Source: Bigelowiella natans CCMP2755
Taxonomy: Eukaryota > Protista > Cercozoa
DNA length: 34,608 bases
Assembly (NCBI GenBank): GCA_000320545.1
Contig: ADNK01003530.1
Span: 1-34,608, forward strand
Direction: 5' to 3'
Shown: in pieces, positions 1 to 17,358 of the stretch
Layout: the number at the start of each line of letters is the position of its first letter
How positions within the stretch are numbered: the first letter of the stretch is position 1
Translations under genes and position numbers: made by a program
The notes under the pieces: generated by a model
Told to the model about the DNA's origin: nothing
Database searches by the model: none
The model's input: the letters and a program-made list of their open reading frames with translations, nothing else

Positions 1-3142
<3,142 letters not shown>

Positions 3143-4118
3143 GTTGAAGAATCCTTTACTCCTGAGAACAAACAACAGAACCTCTAAATCAACAGTGGAA
3201 CACCCAAACCGCAAGCGAACACAAAATGAATATTACCAAGCTTAATCAATATTTAGCTATCAAATGCTAGAGAAAGAAAGAGGGAGGAGAGGGAGAGCAC
3301 CTTACAGCTTCTTTCCTTCTTCTGGAGTCTCTTCCTATTCCTGCAAGTCAGACTTAGGTGAGTTCTATTTTAGAAATCAGCTCTCCAAAGGATGTAAGAC
3401 CCAAACAGATGGAGCAAAATGTTCTGTATTACATAAGAAAGACATCAATCTCAGGATGAATAGACGTTATACATCCTGCAATTTTATAATTTACTCTCCA
3501 CATGTATGTCGTATAAAACCTTTTTACAGCCAAAATGTCTGCATAAATGAAAAAGAGCATATGCATTAGTAACGACAACATCTGATGACCCATTTTCTAT
3601 GACATTCTACCTTATCATTAAGCTCAGAAAAAGAGACTTAAAACTTTCTGATGTATTCTACGGGAAATTACATTATGCTATAAAAATAGAATACGACAAT
3701 TGTCAATCTTGAATATTAGCATAATATTGCATCTCGATTCATGTATTATTTTCACATTTTTCCATCACAATTTCCGATTGTTTACTTGATCTTCTGATTG
3801 ACGTTTGTAGGTACTTCCCAGAGCTAAAATTGTACCGTAAGTTTAGCGTTAACAGGGTCCTTTTTCAGCATCTTCACAAATCTATGTTGATGAAGTAGAT
3901 CTGATGGAGAAAGGAAAAGGGGTAGTTCCGACATGATGACGCACGCACGCCACACATGACATATAACATGCTATCATCCGGAAATCAATCACATGTGCGT
4001 GATGAAAAGGAGAGCTAACAACCAACACAACACAAAGATTCGATAAAAAAAAACCATGGTTGAGTACGGGTACAAACCAGATTTGTTAAGATAATTAATG
4101 TTAGACGATTAATGTTAG

Positions 4119-4163
<45 letters not shown>

Positions 4164-4443
4164 TGTGAGATTGAATGAAATTTTCTATCGATGTATTCCC
4201 AGTCGTCCAAATCACATCGACAACAAAAGAATAAGGATAACAAGTGTTCTGATATACTTCCTCTATTGTGGCTATTTTTCAAGCCAATAACATCGTAATC
4301 ATGTATTGATATTTCCACGGATTGATTCCTACTCCTACTCCTACTGTGATCGATCACACACTGAGCACGCACTTTGGAGGAGGCGGCCAGCAAAAAAGCA
4401 ACCTGAAGGACGACGAACCGATCCGTACTTGGGCATAATCTCG

Positions 4444-6344
4444 ATGCCTTCGAACAAGAGAAAAAAGAAAGATTCCATCTCGACCCCATCTACGGTAAGA
4501 TAATCTCTTAATTGAAAAAGGAGGGATGGGATGGGATGGGTGATTCAATTGTAGCAGACGCCAGAGACCGATCTACATTTTTGTGTTTTAAATTTTCTTG
4601 TGCTTTCCCTCCAATATGTAGAAGCGCTCGAAATCCGCTCTGACTGCTCCTATAATCGATGTGAACAATCCTGATCAAATGGAACATGAGTTAAAGATTT
4701 CCTCCTTTCAAAAACGGCACATCGCCCAAAAACTAATTCTGGAGCGACGAAGTCACGAAAAGACAAATGCAAGGGTAAGGATGATAATGCTGCACAAAAT
4801 ATTGTACAAGAATTCTTCCGCCTACCCCCCTTGCCCACTGAAAACAGCACCTCCTCCTCCTCCTCCTCAGCGTTTACTCTTTCACCTCTACAACAAACAG
4901 GCGTCCAGACTCCAAAAGCTCAACAAAGAACTCACCGAGAGGGTATCGATAATGGAAATCTCCTGGAATCAGGTAATAAGAGAAACTTTCCGTAGTCTGC
5001 AGTGATAGAAGTGGGCTGAGGTTTTATTGAAGACCAGCGAATATAATGCTTTATATGTAAGCGAATAAGAAATAATTGCCACAGATCATTACATTCACTT
5101 CTACGTTGTAATATGTTCGAATTTATTTTCATCCTTTTCAAACATTTTCTTCATTGAATGCTGTTTTAATCCTCCAAGGTCCTTCAAGATATGAGCAATA
5201 TCGTTGCTTTAACTGGGACCATTGAAAATCCGGAGATGTCCTCTCAGCTGCAGCGGCCACTTGGACCGGGTAGAACAAGATAGTTCATGCCACTTAGAAT
5301 CTCGTCACAGCTATTTTTTACCAATAAAAACAACCACCACTGAATAGGAGGTGTCTCTCACCTCTTCCACCCCCCCCTCTCTCTTCCTCCCCCTTCATTT
5401 GCAAGATGATAATGCATACCTGAAGAGATTGTTCGCCGACACGGAGCTTAATCCAGAGAATGATGAAGAAGATGAGGAGGGAAAAGGTGTCTATAATTAT
5501 TATGTGATCTACTGCCGTGCGTTGACGTGGATAGTATTGTAACCCTCCTTCTCCGCTATTGTTCTATTGTGCTCTTTTTGCAGGAAAGCGTTCCGAAGTG
5601 CAAAAAGAATGGTTGCGAGCAACATTCGCAAAGAAGAAAGTAGTAGTGAAATGAGGAATAGTATATTATTTGTTCCCAATTTGGGGAGCGCCCGTTGTGT
5701 TGTTTGTTTGGCGCAGCCCACTTCTGCTACTATTACTTCAAGTAGTACTATCTATCACTACTACTACTACTACTACTACTACTGTTACTATTACTACTAT
5801 TAGTGTCTGCACCATTTGACTCTTCTTGATAACACCAACTGATAATTCTACAGGACCTGAGTGTGAAATGTATGGAACGTTTCTTGCGTGCTCTTAAGAA
5901 CAACAACGATAGTAGTAATGCCAATACTTCTGCAACAAGTGCAGCAACTAGGATCAATCAGCAGGTTCAAAACCTACAGGTTAGAACTACAAGAAGAAAA
6001 ATCAAAAAATGATATGAGAATAACGAGCAGCTTCATAATAATATAACAACAACAAAATATAATAATGATAATAATAATAATAATAACAATAATAATAATA
6101 GTCCCTTGGACAGTGTGTAAGCATTAGTTTGTGCGTCCTCTTATAATAAACTGCTGAGAAAGACAACTAAATCACACCTTAGATACGTGAACGAAAAGCA
6201 ACACAAGCATATGAGAAGGTAATGTTATTATCTTTAACCCTATTCTTACTTAATGATACGATTGATCTTTGGATATTTCTTACATATACTCCCTAATGGC
6301 TCTCTCTGTCTCCATGTCAATCATGATGGTGTGTTGATCCTGAT

Positions 6345-6386
<42 letters not shown>

Positions 6387-7893
6387 GAATCTTTTGATGT
6401 TTCTCTAGGTGAGCGTTGAAAATGCTCAATATCGTGGAGAGCTTTCGCAGACAAAACGGCAAATCGCAAAACTAAAAGTTACAGTTGACGTGAAGCTCAA
6501 GCAGGTTGATTCAGCTACTTTATAGTGTATACGTGGTGGTTTGGTTGTTGCACTTAATTTGACCGCTCACTTCGTTTTCTTTTATAATGGAAATATCATG
6601 TCATTATACCATGTTTACCCGTCAATATTTGTTAGATTATTCGCTATGAGAAAGAGATTGAGGAATTGAAAGCTCAACTTAAAGCTGCAAAGAAGATCTC
6701 ATTGTCGTCTACACCATCAACATCCTCATCATCAAATATGACAATCAAAGGAGGTGACTCTAGAAATTGAAACTTACTACTAACAAGCATTAATCATATT
6801 TGATTCATTCTTTCTAGAAGTGAAGAATAAGATAATATATTTATAATCTGTACTAGATATCATGTTGTCATGAACATTGCAGCAGCAGAAGTAGGTGTAT
6901 TGCCGCTACAGTATTTGTACAGCATAATTAGATGACACCATTGAGTTGGTTTTCTGTATGCATACAGCTGTCCTAGTACAATATTATGCTTTTCTTGTTT
7001 TTAATCTTTACCTTTCATAATGAATTATTCTTGATGAGCTTTTCTACCTTTCCATATTCATTATCATCATCGTCATCATCATTATCAAATAGATACGTCT
7101 TCTTCACGCATGAGCAACGTCGGTGCGGGTATTAACGGAGGAGCAGCGGGTGGTGGATCAGATGGTAAAGGAAAGAATAAGGGACAACAGCAGCAACAAC
7201 AACTACAACAACAACAACAAGGAGGAGGAGTTAGTACCGCGACTACTTCTGTTAAGGAGGAAGAGGGGGATTTGAAAAAGGAGGAGGAGAAAGAGGATGT
7301 CAAGTATCTTGAAGAGAAAATCAATCAACTTCGATCTGAGGTGTTATTATTATTATTACAACGACTATAAACTACCACCATCCATGCTCTACTCTTGTTT
7401 TCACTTCTAGCAGCAGCAGTAGTAGTATTAGTAGTAACAGTATTAGTAGCAATGGTAGCAGTGGCATAGATAATGAAACATGCAGTAGTATATTATCAAA
7501 ATGTAATATCCTACAACCCACTACTACTACTATTACTACTACTCTTTACTAACTCTCTTCTTCTTCTTCTTCTTCTTCTTCTTCTTCTTCTTCTTCTTCT
7601 ACTCCTACTACTACTAAAACTATTAAAAACACTGCTGCTGCCACCACCTACAATAACCAGATAATTCAACTGAAGAAAGACAAAATCCAATTCCAAATCC
7701 AATCCAAGGCACCAAATGAACATAAAGTTAAAGCCACGGCTCCGTATAAGGCTCTTGAAGTAATAATATTTGTATCCCTCTATATGTAATTACAAGCTGC
7801 TCTTAACAGCAGCAGCAGCAACAACAACAACAGTTTGACGACAATAGAGAATAACAAACAACACAACACCATGCTGGTAGCATGAGCAGTAGC

Positions 7894-7927
<34 letters not shown>

Positions 7928-7954
7928 ACTAATACCATACCAGTAGATAGTAAT

Positions 7955-8008
<54 letters not shown>

Positions 8009-8427
8009 AGTAGGAGTTGTTCAACTTTGCAATAATTAGCAGCTCTGAATAAAATAGCTATTACATTATGGAAGTACTCAAGATATGTTGCCTCCTCAAG
8101 AGGATATATATCGGTGCATTTATGAAGGCCACTACTATCATCGTTTGAGTAGTGCTGAAAATGATAATGATTCCAAACAATAACAACAAGACCAACCAAC
8201 CACAACTAGGCATCTTACTATACGCTGCAAACGGAGTTGAATAGACTTCGTAGCACCCTTGACTTGGTTAGTACTACTAGTAGTTGTAGTAGCCGGAGTA
8301 TGAGTAGTAGTAGTACCAGTAGTAGTAGCAGTAGTGGTATTGTTGTCGGGTTGATTAAAATTAATCATGAATGATGATGGATGATGATGGATGGTGATGA
8401 CCTATAACCCTACCCTCTAACCCTATC

Positions 8428-8473
<46 letters not shown>

Positions 8474-8768
8474 TTTGTATTTAGGCAAAGGCGGAGAGAG
8501 ACAGGGTTTACACACAAATGGAAGCTGAAAAGAAAACATTCGCAGAAATGCAGGTGTTGGTATCAACAAGTAGTAGTAGTAGTAGTAGTAGTATTGTTGT
8601 TGTTATAGTTTTCATAATAATATATTAGTTGATATTTTCTATTGCATTTCAATCAATAACTATTGATTGATCAAGTTGAAAATCTTCCCTAGCTTTTCTA
8701 TCACACTCTATCTAGACAAAGTCGTCATTCTCCATCATTCATCATGTGATGATAAAAGCAATGCTGTC

Positions 8769-8810
<42 letters not shown>

Positions 8811-9052
8811 GGGCAAGGTGCGCAGTAGGATTGTAAGTGAGATTGAGGGATTAGTGTCTTTCCGCTGCAAGGTAGTAGTAGTGCTATTAAGAGGAATAAT
8901 CTCCACACCAACACTACCCTCTCATTCTTCTCTCCTTCTAATATCTTTTTCATCTGTCAGCATGAATCATCATCATCATCATCATTATCATTATCGTTTT
9001 GCCTAAATTACTATTACTCCTTAGGCCGAGAAAGATGCTTTAGAAAAATCAA

Positions 9053-9087
<35 letters not shown>

Positions 9088-9132
9088 ATGTTAGCTTCCC
9101 CCCTTTCTACGAAGTACGATTATGATATCAAT

Positions 9133-9175
<43 letters not shown>

Positions 9176-9364
9176 TTGTGTGCGTGTATGAGAGAGGAGG
9201 GAGGGAGGTCGTTGTTATCACATCATAATATCTGCTACCACTGGTCAACGTATCGTTGATGTTCAGGCGAAGATTGATGCTTTGGAGAAACAATTAAGTT
9301 CTGAAAAGAGGTGTCCTAATCAAATTCTCACACCAGCACATATTTCAAACCATCATGTTAAATG

Positions 9365-9398
<34 letters not shown>

Positions 9399-10590
9399 TA
9401 ATATTGTGAGACGTATCTTTCTCTCTCTATCTTTCTCTTCATAGTGTAGTAATAGTACTACTCTTTTTCTTACTACCACCACCCTTAAACAACTGCCTAC
9501 TGCTGCTTAAATATTGCTCGTGGTATTGTTTTTGCTGATATTACATTACAGAACTGTACTTGAGAATAAGATGGTGTTGGAGAGACAGGTAGTAACAAAA
9601 ATATCAATCATAAGAAGAAGAAAAAAAGAAGAAGAGAAGAGACAATGATGTGTTCTCCTCCTCCTCCTCCTCCTCCTCCTCCTCCTCCTCCTACATGCTC
9701 TCGTCTCTTATATCTATGCTATTTATTGTCCGTTGGTACTCGTAGAGCATGGAACTTGTCAAGCAAAAAGCTGATATAGAGAACCTTAGACAAGTGGTAA
9801 TATAATACTGCTGCTAACACATTTAATAATAACCATAAAAAATGCACACATTTATTAAACGTGTTTATACAGGGGACATAACATTCAGTCTGAAATGATG
9901 ATGATGATGATGCTGTATCATCAATCATGGATGATCTGTCACTTTTTCTTTCTTTTCCATCATCATCATCATCACAATCATCATCGTCGTGATCTTTCAT
10001 CTTTCTATATAATGAATTTTCTTTCTTCTTTGCAACACAACAAGTGCAATGCCAAGGACAAAGACGCAGAGTCCTCTTGCTCTTCTTCTTCTTCCTCCTC
10101 CTGGGTAATTTTGACCCGACAACAACGCCAAGCAATCAACAAGCTTAAACAGGTAATAAAGGAGCTAACCAAGTTGGTTGTCTGTCCTATCTACCTACCA
10201 CCAATGCAAGTTTATGTGCAGAATCATCTTTCTTTTCTTAACATTGTTGTTTAATATATTAGGAAGTTTCAGCACATCTTAGTGTGATAAAGAAGCAGCA
10301 CCAACACCAACAGCAAGGGGGCAAGGCGAAAAAGGAGGGGGGGGGAGAGACCATCGGCATGGCAGCAAAGATTGGCACCCTTGAAGCAAAAAACAAACAG
10401 TAGTATTTCATATCACACAGCTTAACCGATGAGATCATTAACCACTTCTCCTCCTCCTCCTCCTCCTCCTCCTCCTCCTACTACTACTACTACTACTACT
10501 AACTACTAACTACTAACTACTAACAAGTTATTTGTTACTACCTGCGTGCTACTTACTAATCCCAGCGTTGATCTTTGACGAATAGCTCAA

Positions 10591-10644
<54 letters not shown>

Positions 10645-11179
10645 TGTGTGTTGTGTGATATATTCGTGCATATTATGTTGTTGTTGGCTGACGAGGGGGT
10701 GAGAGATGTTTTTATTATCGACGGTGCATCACACTTACGATGGTAGATCTAATATTAGGGTAACTCAATCCCTATCACGTTTGGGTGGGGAGCAAGGAGG
10801 AGGGGAAGGAGCGGACTTGAAAGAAGAACTAGAGGATGCAATTGATAGAATCGAGGCTATGGAAGAGGAAGTTGCTGATCTATCAACGTCATATGGAGAA
10901 TTAGAGGTACCTAGTACATAAGATGCATACATATATACTGTTGTTGTAGTAGTTAGTTGTTATTGTTGTGGTTGTTGCAACATGATATTGAATCTAATGT
11001 TGTCATTTCCATACTACTGCTACTACTACTACTACCTATTACTACCGCTACTATGATCCCATCATCATCATCATATGAAGGAGGAAAATAAACGTCTGAA
11101 AAGTGAGAACGAGCAGAAAGAAACAGTTGTCAGCAACTGGATTACAAAGAGGTATGTGCTGTTCTACTACAACTACTAC

Positions 11180-11213
<34 letters not shown>

Positions 11214-11264
11214 AGTGTAGAATCAAAGAATCAACCGAGATACCCTATCAGAACACCTTCATAG

Positions 11265-11295
<31 letters not shown>

Positions 11296-11617
11296 TGATT
11301 TTATTCTTTCTTTCTTTTTCTTATCCATGCCTCCTTTTTGTTTCCTTCTTTCTCTTGTCTTTATCACCTACTACTACTCTTCACTTATAATGATGATGAT
11401 GATGATGATACTACCATCAATTTGTCACTTTCTCTCATGGGATGTAGGCAAAGGCAAAAAAATGATGATAGGATTATCATGTTTTTTAACTTGTTTTTTC
11501 TTCGTCCTACCCTTAAATAATGCTTTGATTGGTTGAATAGTGTGAAGCTGAACACAAAGATCAAAGACTGCGAGGTAAAAACAGATTCATTGCAATTTTA
11601 CACATACACTATATAAG

Positions 11618-11698
<81 letters not shown>

Positions 11699-12681
11699 TA
11701 TTCGTACGTATATACTTAAACAGTACTAAAATGAACATGAAAAAGAATCATTCATTTGTATGGGATCATGATGATGATGATGATGATGATGAATGATGAT
11801 GAATGATTGATGGGATTATTATCATCATTCGTATGTAGCAACTTGTGGGTGGTGAAAGGTCCAAATGCCTCGCGCTTCAGCAGCAAGTGGCGGATAAGGA
11901 AGAAAAGGTGTGTTGGTGTATTACTACTGTAAGTAGTAGTAGTAGCAGTAGTAGTAGTAGGGAACGAACTTTAGATACCTCGTGGTGGTGGAGATGGAGA
12001 AGGAGAAAGCAGGGACATACTCATATTGCAGTATGAGTACACCTTTCATTATCTATTAATTATTTTCGCTACTCCTTCTTTTGCCTCCTTTATCTCTCTA
12101 TGCTGCTATTTAATCACATAGCTATTATTGTATGGTGGTATCACTCTCCTCTTTTCTTTAGTATAAGGCCCTGGAAATCCTCTATGCGAAGGAAAAAGAA
12201 CTCATGGTTGATAAGAGCAAACAGGTACTACTACGTAGTAGCATCATCTTTAACACAGCAGCAGCAGCAGCAGTTGTTAAGTGGGTGGTGGTGGTGGTGG
12301 TGTGAGCAAGTTAGTTGTTGGAGGAGGAAAGATTCTTATTGCGTAGTAGCAACCAATGCTATTATAGACTGACAACTATTGCATTGATTTATATTTGTTG
12401 GATTATATTGTAAACATGTTCTGCTCCTCTGCCATCATCTAGTGAAATAATTGGCGGCTAATATGTAGAATATCTGTGCATATAAAATATACACATATAA
12501 ACATATCACATATATTATATCTTGTATATGTTCCTGGGTAGTAGTAGCTGCTCATTATTATAATTATTTTTATTAAGAGATGTTATTATGACTGCTGGTT
12601 CCTTACTAAAATCGTGGCAGATCGAATCGTTAACGCTGCAGTTGTATGGGGCAAGAAGGCAAGCCAAGGAAGCTTCACTGG

Positions 12682-12717
<36 letters not shown>

Positions 12718-14012
12718 AAGGAGGAGGAGGCCTACTTAATACCAAACCTGCTGCTAAAATTAATACACTTGCTGCTGCTGCTGCTGCTGACAGCTGTTTG
12801 TGGTGTCTTTACTTATTATTACGCTTTCAAGTTTCTAGACGGGCTGAATAGAGCGAGGAAGTTCTCATCCTCATATATTAGTTTTTCTTAATCATTTTTT
12901 TGATATTCTTCTTCTTTTTATCCCTTAAATTTTCATTTAGAATGAGGAAAAAGAGAGGAGTACCTCAAAGCAGCACTTGGAAGCTACTACTATTCTTCGA
13001 TCGCAAGTCACAAATCAAACGGACAAGATAAAGGTACTACTCATCCTCCTGGTGCTGCTACGCTGTTGTCTCTCCCATTTCCTTCTTCATTTTTATATCT
13101 TCCTTCTCTTGGAGAGGAAAGATAACAACTGCATTCTATTATCATCATCATCATCATCATCATTATCATCATCGTGTCAAATCCAAACAATCTATAATAG
13201 GGAATGGACGAAAAGATCACTGAGCTCACACGCAAGTAGTAGCATATCAGTGTTGTTGTTGTAGTAGTAGTAGTAGTAGTAGTAGTAAAGTAGGTGCGTA
13301 TATACCATGCATCATCATCCTCATCATCTTTATAATATGCGGCATCAGAGTGAGAAAGTTGGAACGAAGAGAGGCAGCTAGCAAAAAGAGAAGAAGGAAG
13401 AAGAATGGTGATCTCGAATCCTGTGGCCATAATAACGACGATTATGATGATCCATTGGTAGTACTCCTATTACTACAACAACAACTACTACTACTACTAC
13501 TACTACTATACTAACGTTGGGAGAAGTACAAAAAGGCTGCTGCTGCTGCCATGGTCAATTTGTACAAAGAACTACTGGACAATCTTCACGCTACGAGCAT
13601 ATCTGTTTTATGTTGTTAATATTTTAATATTGGTTTTATCATTATTATTATTATTGATGATGTTGTTGTTGTTGTTGTTGTTTGGGCACACAACTTACTC
13701 ACAACTTCAACTTTGTAATGCCTGCAAAATACCACAACCTATGAGCTCACACCACAGCTCATTCCACCATATCTCAATAATTTTTCTATCATATTTCTCT
13801 TTTAATTGTGATTGGTAGTAGTGAAACTATTTGATATCCTTTACTTTAGCATATATTTTATTTCTTATTTTTCTTCTTCTTTTACTACGCATGATATTGA
13901 CAGCTTGAAGAGTATCGAAAGAAGCTGAAATGTCCATTGTGTTCTGATGGAGAAAAGGGTGTGATTATCCTAAGATGCCAGGTATTATTATAATAATTAA
14001 TATTATTTATTA

Positions 14013-14049
<37 letters not shown>

Positions 14050-14441
14050 GCCAGCACCTCTATCGATGATACCATCAGCAGCAACAACCCAATGAGAAGC
14101 ATGTTCTCCAATTACAACAATCTTTATTTGCAGTCTTTAATACTACGCTCCTTCCTCATACTTTGTAGCATATGTTTTGCCGAGAATGCATTGAAAAGAA
14201 TCTCAAGGTAGTTTTCCACTAGTTGTATCATCATCATAACTAACAAGTAGTTAGTAGAGAAAATAAGCTATAAAATAATGGTGTACCGCGGATGATGAAG
14301 CTTATATCAGTTGGAAGAAGAGACAAATGTAATGTAATGATACTGATTGAGTATCATAATAATCACAAGGTTCGCAACCGAAACTGCCCTGCTTGCAATA
14401 TCTCTTTCTCCAAGAACGATGTAAGGTCCATCTTCCTCTAA
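4444..14441 (+). CDS. BRE1: E3 ubiquitin ligase BRE1/HUB1/RNF20-like (histone H2B monoubiquitination), roughly 30 exons
   Basis: Exon 1 4444-4494 (MPSNKRKKKDS...). Exon 2 4622-4774 has LKISSFQKRHIAQKL, resembling the HUB1 N-terminal LQFQNxKL motif. Many coiled-coil exons follow. The C-terminal C3HC4 RING is spliced from 13904-13981, 14169-14207 and 14370-14441: LEEYRKKLKCPLCSDGEKGVIILRCQ|HMFCRECIEKNLK|VRNRNCPACNISFSKNDVRSIFL*, the typical BRE1 ending. Confidence 0.9.
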
Positions 14442-14639
14442 AGGATGGATGGTTGCATGACAAGGATGATGACGATTGTGCTCATGTTGCCACCGAATGA
14501 ATGGTTTGTAGAAAGCCAGACTCACCAAGCCTATAGTTCAGTCACAGGATGATTTCCGGTCTATTTCTCATGAATAGATTTACGTGTGGTTCTTCAAGAG
14601 TCACGTGTTGTTGGTTGTTCTTTCGTGTTTGTAATCTCA

Positions 14640-15460
14640 AAACACATGTCCTTCTGAATTTGTCATCCAACAAAATCTAGAGATCTTAATGACAGCTATC
14701 TGTACTAGCTAGCTAGTGTAGCCCGTGTTGCAATGTCGTCTAGGTGTGGTCATCAGTCTGGCACACATCCACGACTACTTGCACATGCATCTCATTGGCA
14801 AACTGCCTAGCTAGCCATCTAGATCAGCGATCAGCAACTAGCTAGCTAGCTAGGCTAGTCGTAGGTGCCACAAAAAATGATCTCTGATGATTCTAGAGCT
14901 GCGGTGGTCTTTGATGATGGTAGTTGTGCATGTCTAGACGACAGCGCAGTGCATTGTGGATGTGCATGCATAGCAGGTGTTCATCGATCAAAGCGCTAGA
15001 AAGCAATGAGCTACGAATGAATTGCTGACACAAAAGTGCCTGCTAGCTAGCTAGCCTGCTCAAAGCGAATGAAATGACCTGTGACAGCATGTACCCCAGC
15101 ACCGCATCGTGCACCACTGGACTAGCATGGTGCAGCGGGAGCAGCAATCAATGCCAGAATGATCGCTAGATCGCTAGATCCAAAGATCGCTGTTGCATCC
15201 ATCTAGCCACATGTGTGCACAGGCATGCGCATGATTATGAGACTGAAACCATCCAGTCATCCCCGCAACGAATGTTCATTGAATCGCTGCTCCTAGCAGC
15301 CCGAGGACTCACAACGTAGTGGCATCGGCCACAACCACACAACAATCCCCGGCTGTTTGTGGATGTGTGTTTGTCATGAGATCGACAGCCGGCACATGCA
15401 TTTGGGATGACATTTTCCTAAATGCGAGTGCGACCTGTAGACAATTTGCTAGCGTGTCAT
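14640..15460. repeat. Decayed repeat/TE-like block between the convergent BRE1 and AP endonuclease genes
   Basis: 24 CTAG counted in 14677-15296, plus abundant TGCA/CATG. Composition differs from the flanking genes and no credible ORF is present. Confidence 0.5.
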
Positions 15461-15523
15461 TCAATTGAATTGAAGCGTGGGAAATTTTTCAGGATTGTTC
15501 ATCATGGAATTTGGGGTCAATTC

Positions 15524-17066
15524 TTAGACGAGTGTGTCGTTCTTCATGAGAAGAACTACAGGTATGTGATCAGATGGTCCCCACAATTCATTTCTGCGAA
15601 CGCAATCAACGACCTTTGGCACAACATCCTTCGATAGGACAAAATAATCAAGTCTCCAGCCGTTATTTTTGCCACGGCTGTTCATTCTATATCCCCAAAA
15701 CGTAAAACCTTCTTCCTCTGGGTATAAACTTTTCCATACATCCATAAATCTGCCGTCCTTCGGCCCAGGGCGACCAAGAGGCAACGTACGTTTTGTGCGT
15801 TGGAGATCTGTTATCTCGTTACCATCGCCACCCACAAGTATTCCAAAGTTTTCTCGCTCCATGTCGCAAAACCCAGGGCATTTGTTTCGTTTTTTCTGAA
15901 GCAGAAGAATAGGCACCAAAGAAGGAAAGATCTGATAAGATGTCTCTAAGTTTTGTAAGAGTAAAATCTACAGCATTTTCCCAGACATTTTATTATACTG
16001 CTCATTATACTACTCTACTCTCACCTTCCAGTTGGCAACATCACTGTCAGAATGAGCAACATTGAGGTCCCCACACCATCTTTTTTAGGCAAAGAAGTTC
16101 GGATTTCATTCGCTAGAAGGCATTTATTCTTGAATTGACATACATGACAGCTTTTTCTTTGTTCAGAGCATCGAGTTTCTCTCTCATTTTGGGGTCCCAT
16201 TCCTCTGTTCTGTACTTTAAACGATCAAGTTTCATCCCACTATTCGGTACGTAGGTGTTGACAATGAAAGCATTAGGAAACCTGATAACAATTTTGAAAG
16301 AATTAGCGGATGCAAAATAAGAGGAAGGGGAGATTACTACTCTGCAATGACTGCACGTCCTTCATCGCCGTCAATATCTTCGAAATCAACATGTATTGGT
16401 TCTATTTTGGAAATTAGAAGGGTTCCACTGTATCCTTTTTTCGTACTGCAACAGTTCCAATAAAACTTAAACCTGTGAATAAGTTTATTAAGTAGATAGC
16501 TTTGAATGTGGTTATACGAACACAGTTAGAAACTAACACAGATTCAAAAAAAAAGTGTATAATATGCGCCGAATTCTTGACCTTGATGCCTCTTCTTCAA
16601 AGGCGTCTTTAAAAAATTCTTTGAGCTCTTTATCCATGCTTTCTTTTTTATCGGTTGAAATTTTTGTTTCTTGAAGGCAAAGAAGATCTGGCATCTCTTT
16701 CTTGAGGTAGGACTTCAAGAAATCTGAATATTTTTCAAGCAGTGACTTGATCCCATTCACCTGATGATATTTGCTAATTAAGTGCTGCCGTGAACGGAGG
16801 AGATTATGGGAATGTCTACTTACGTTCCAGGACACGATTTTCAACATCTCTTTATGAGGTTTGATATCATCCAAATTAAATTCGGAAGGACGAGCTGACG
16901 ATGCCTGTCTCGTTGCTTTAGTTTTTCCATCGCTCTTGCTGTTGCTCTTTGAAGAAGTGCCCCGCTGTGACGTTGTCTTCTTCTTCTTTTTAACAACCTT
17001 TTGCTCCTCATCTGGAACATCCTCTTCCTTCTTCAACCTTCCACGTTTCTCTCCTGGAGAAGGCAT
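15524..17066 (-). CDS. Exodeoxyribonuclease III-family AP endonuclease (APE1/ARP-like), 6 exons, basic N-terminal extension
   Basis: Exons 17066-16824, 16760-16582, 16472-16341, 16281-16144, 16079-16025 and 15895-15524 splice in frame. They give the motifs KIVSWNVNG, LCLQETK, GYSGT, EGR, TYVPNSG, WCGDLNVAH, GWRLDYFV and SDHIPV. Confidence 0.95.
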
Positions 17067-17358
17067 AGCCTCTACTACTTCTTCTTCTCACTTCGGGTTA
17101 ATGGGTGGAACGTCTTCCCCTTCCCTTCTCTCTTCTTCGTGGATAATTAATGAGATGATAATGCGAAACAAGAGCAATTCGCGCCAAAACCTGCAGAGAA
17201 GCCGTCCAATTTCAACAAAATGTAGTCGAATTACGGAGGGAGACAGCAGAAATCCGGATTTACTAAAAAATGCAGTCGATTCACGGAGTGAGACAAGTAT
17301 GATCCAGCTGGAAGTTCTAGAAGTTCTATGGTTCATCGTGTTTGAACACTGGGGGGCC

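Noticed and set aside
8401-8430. CCCTAA-like interstitial telomere fragment in a BRE1 intron
   Set aside because: Too short and degenerate to distinguish from surrounding simple sequence.
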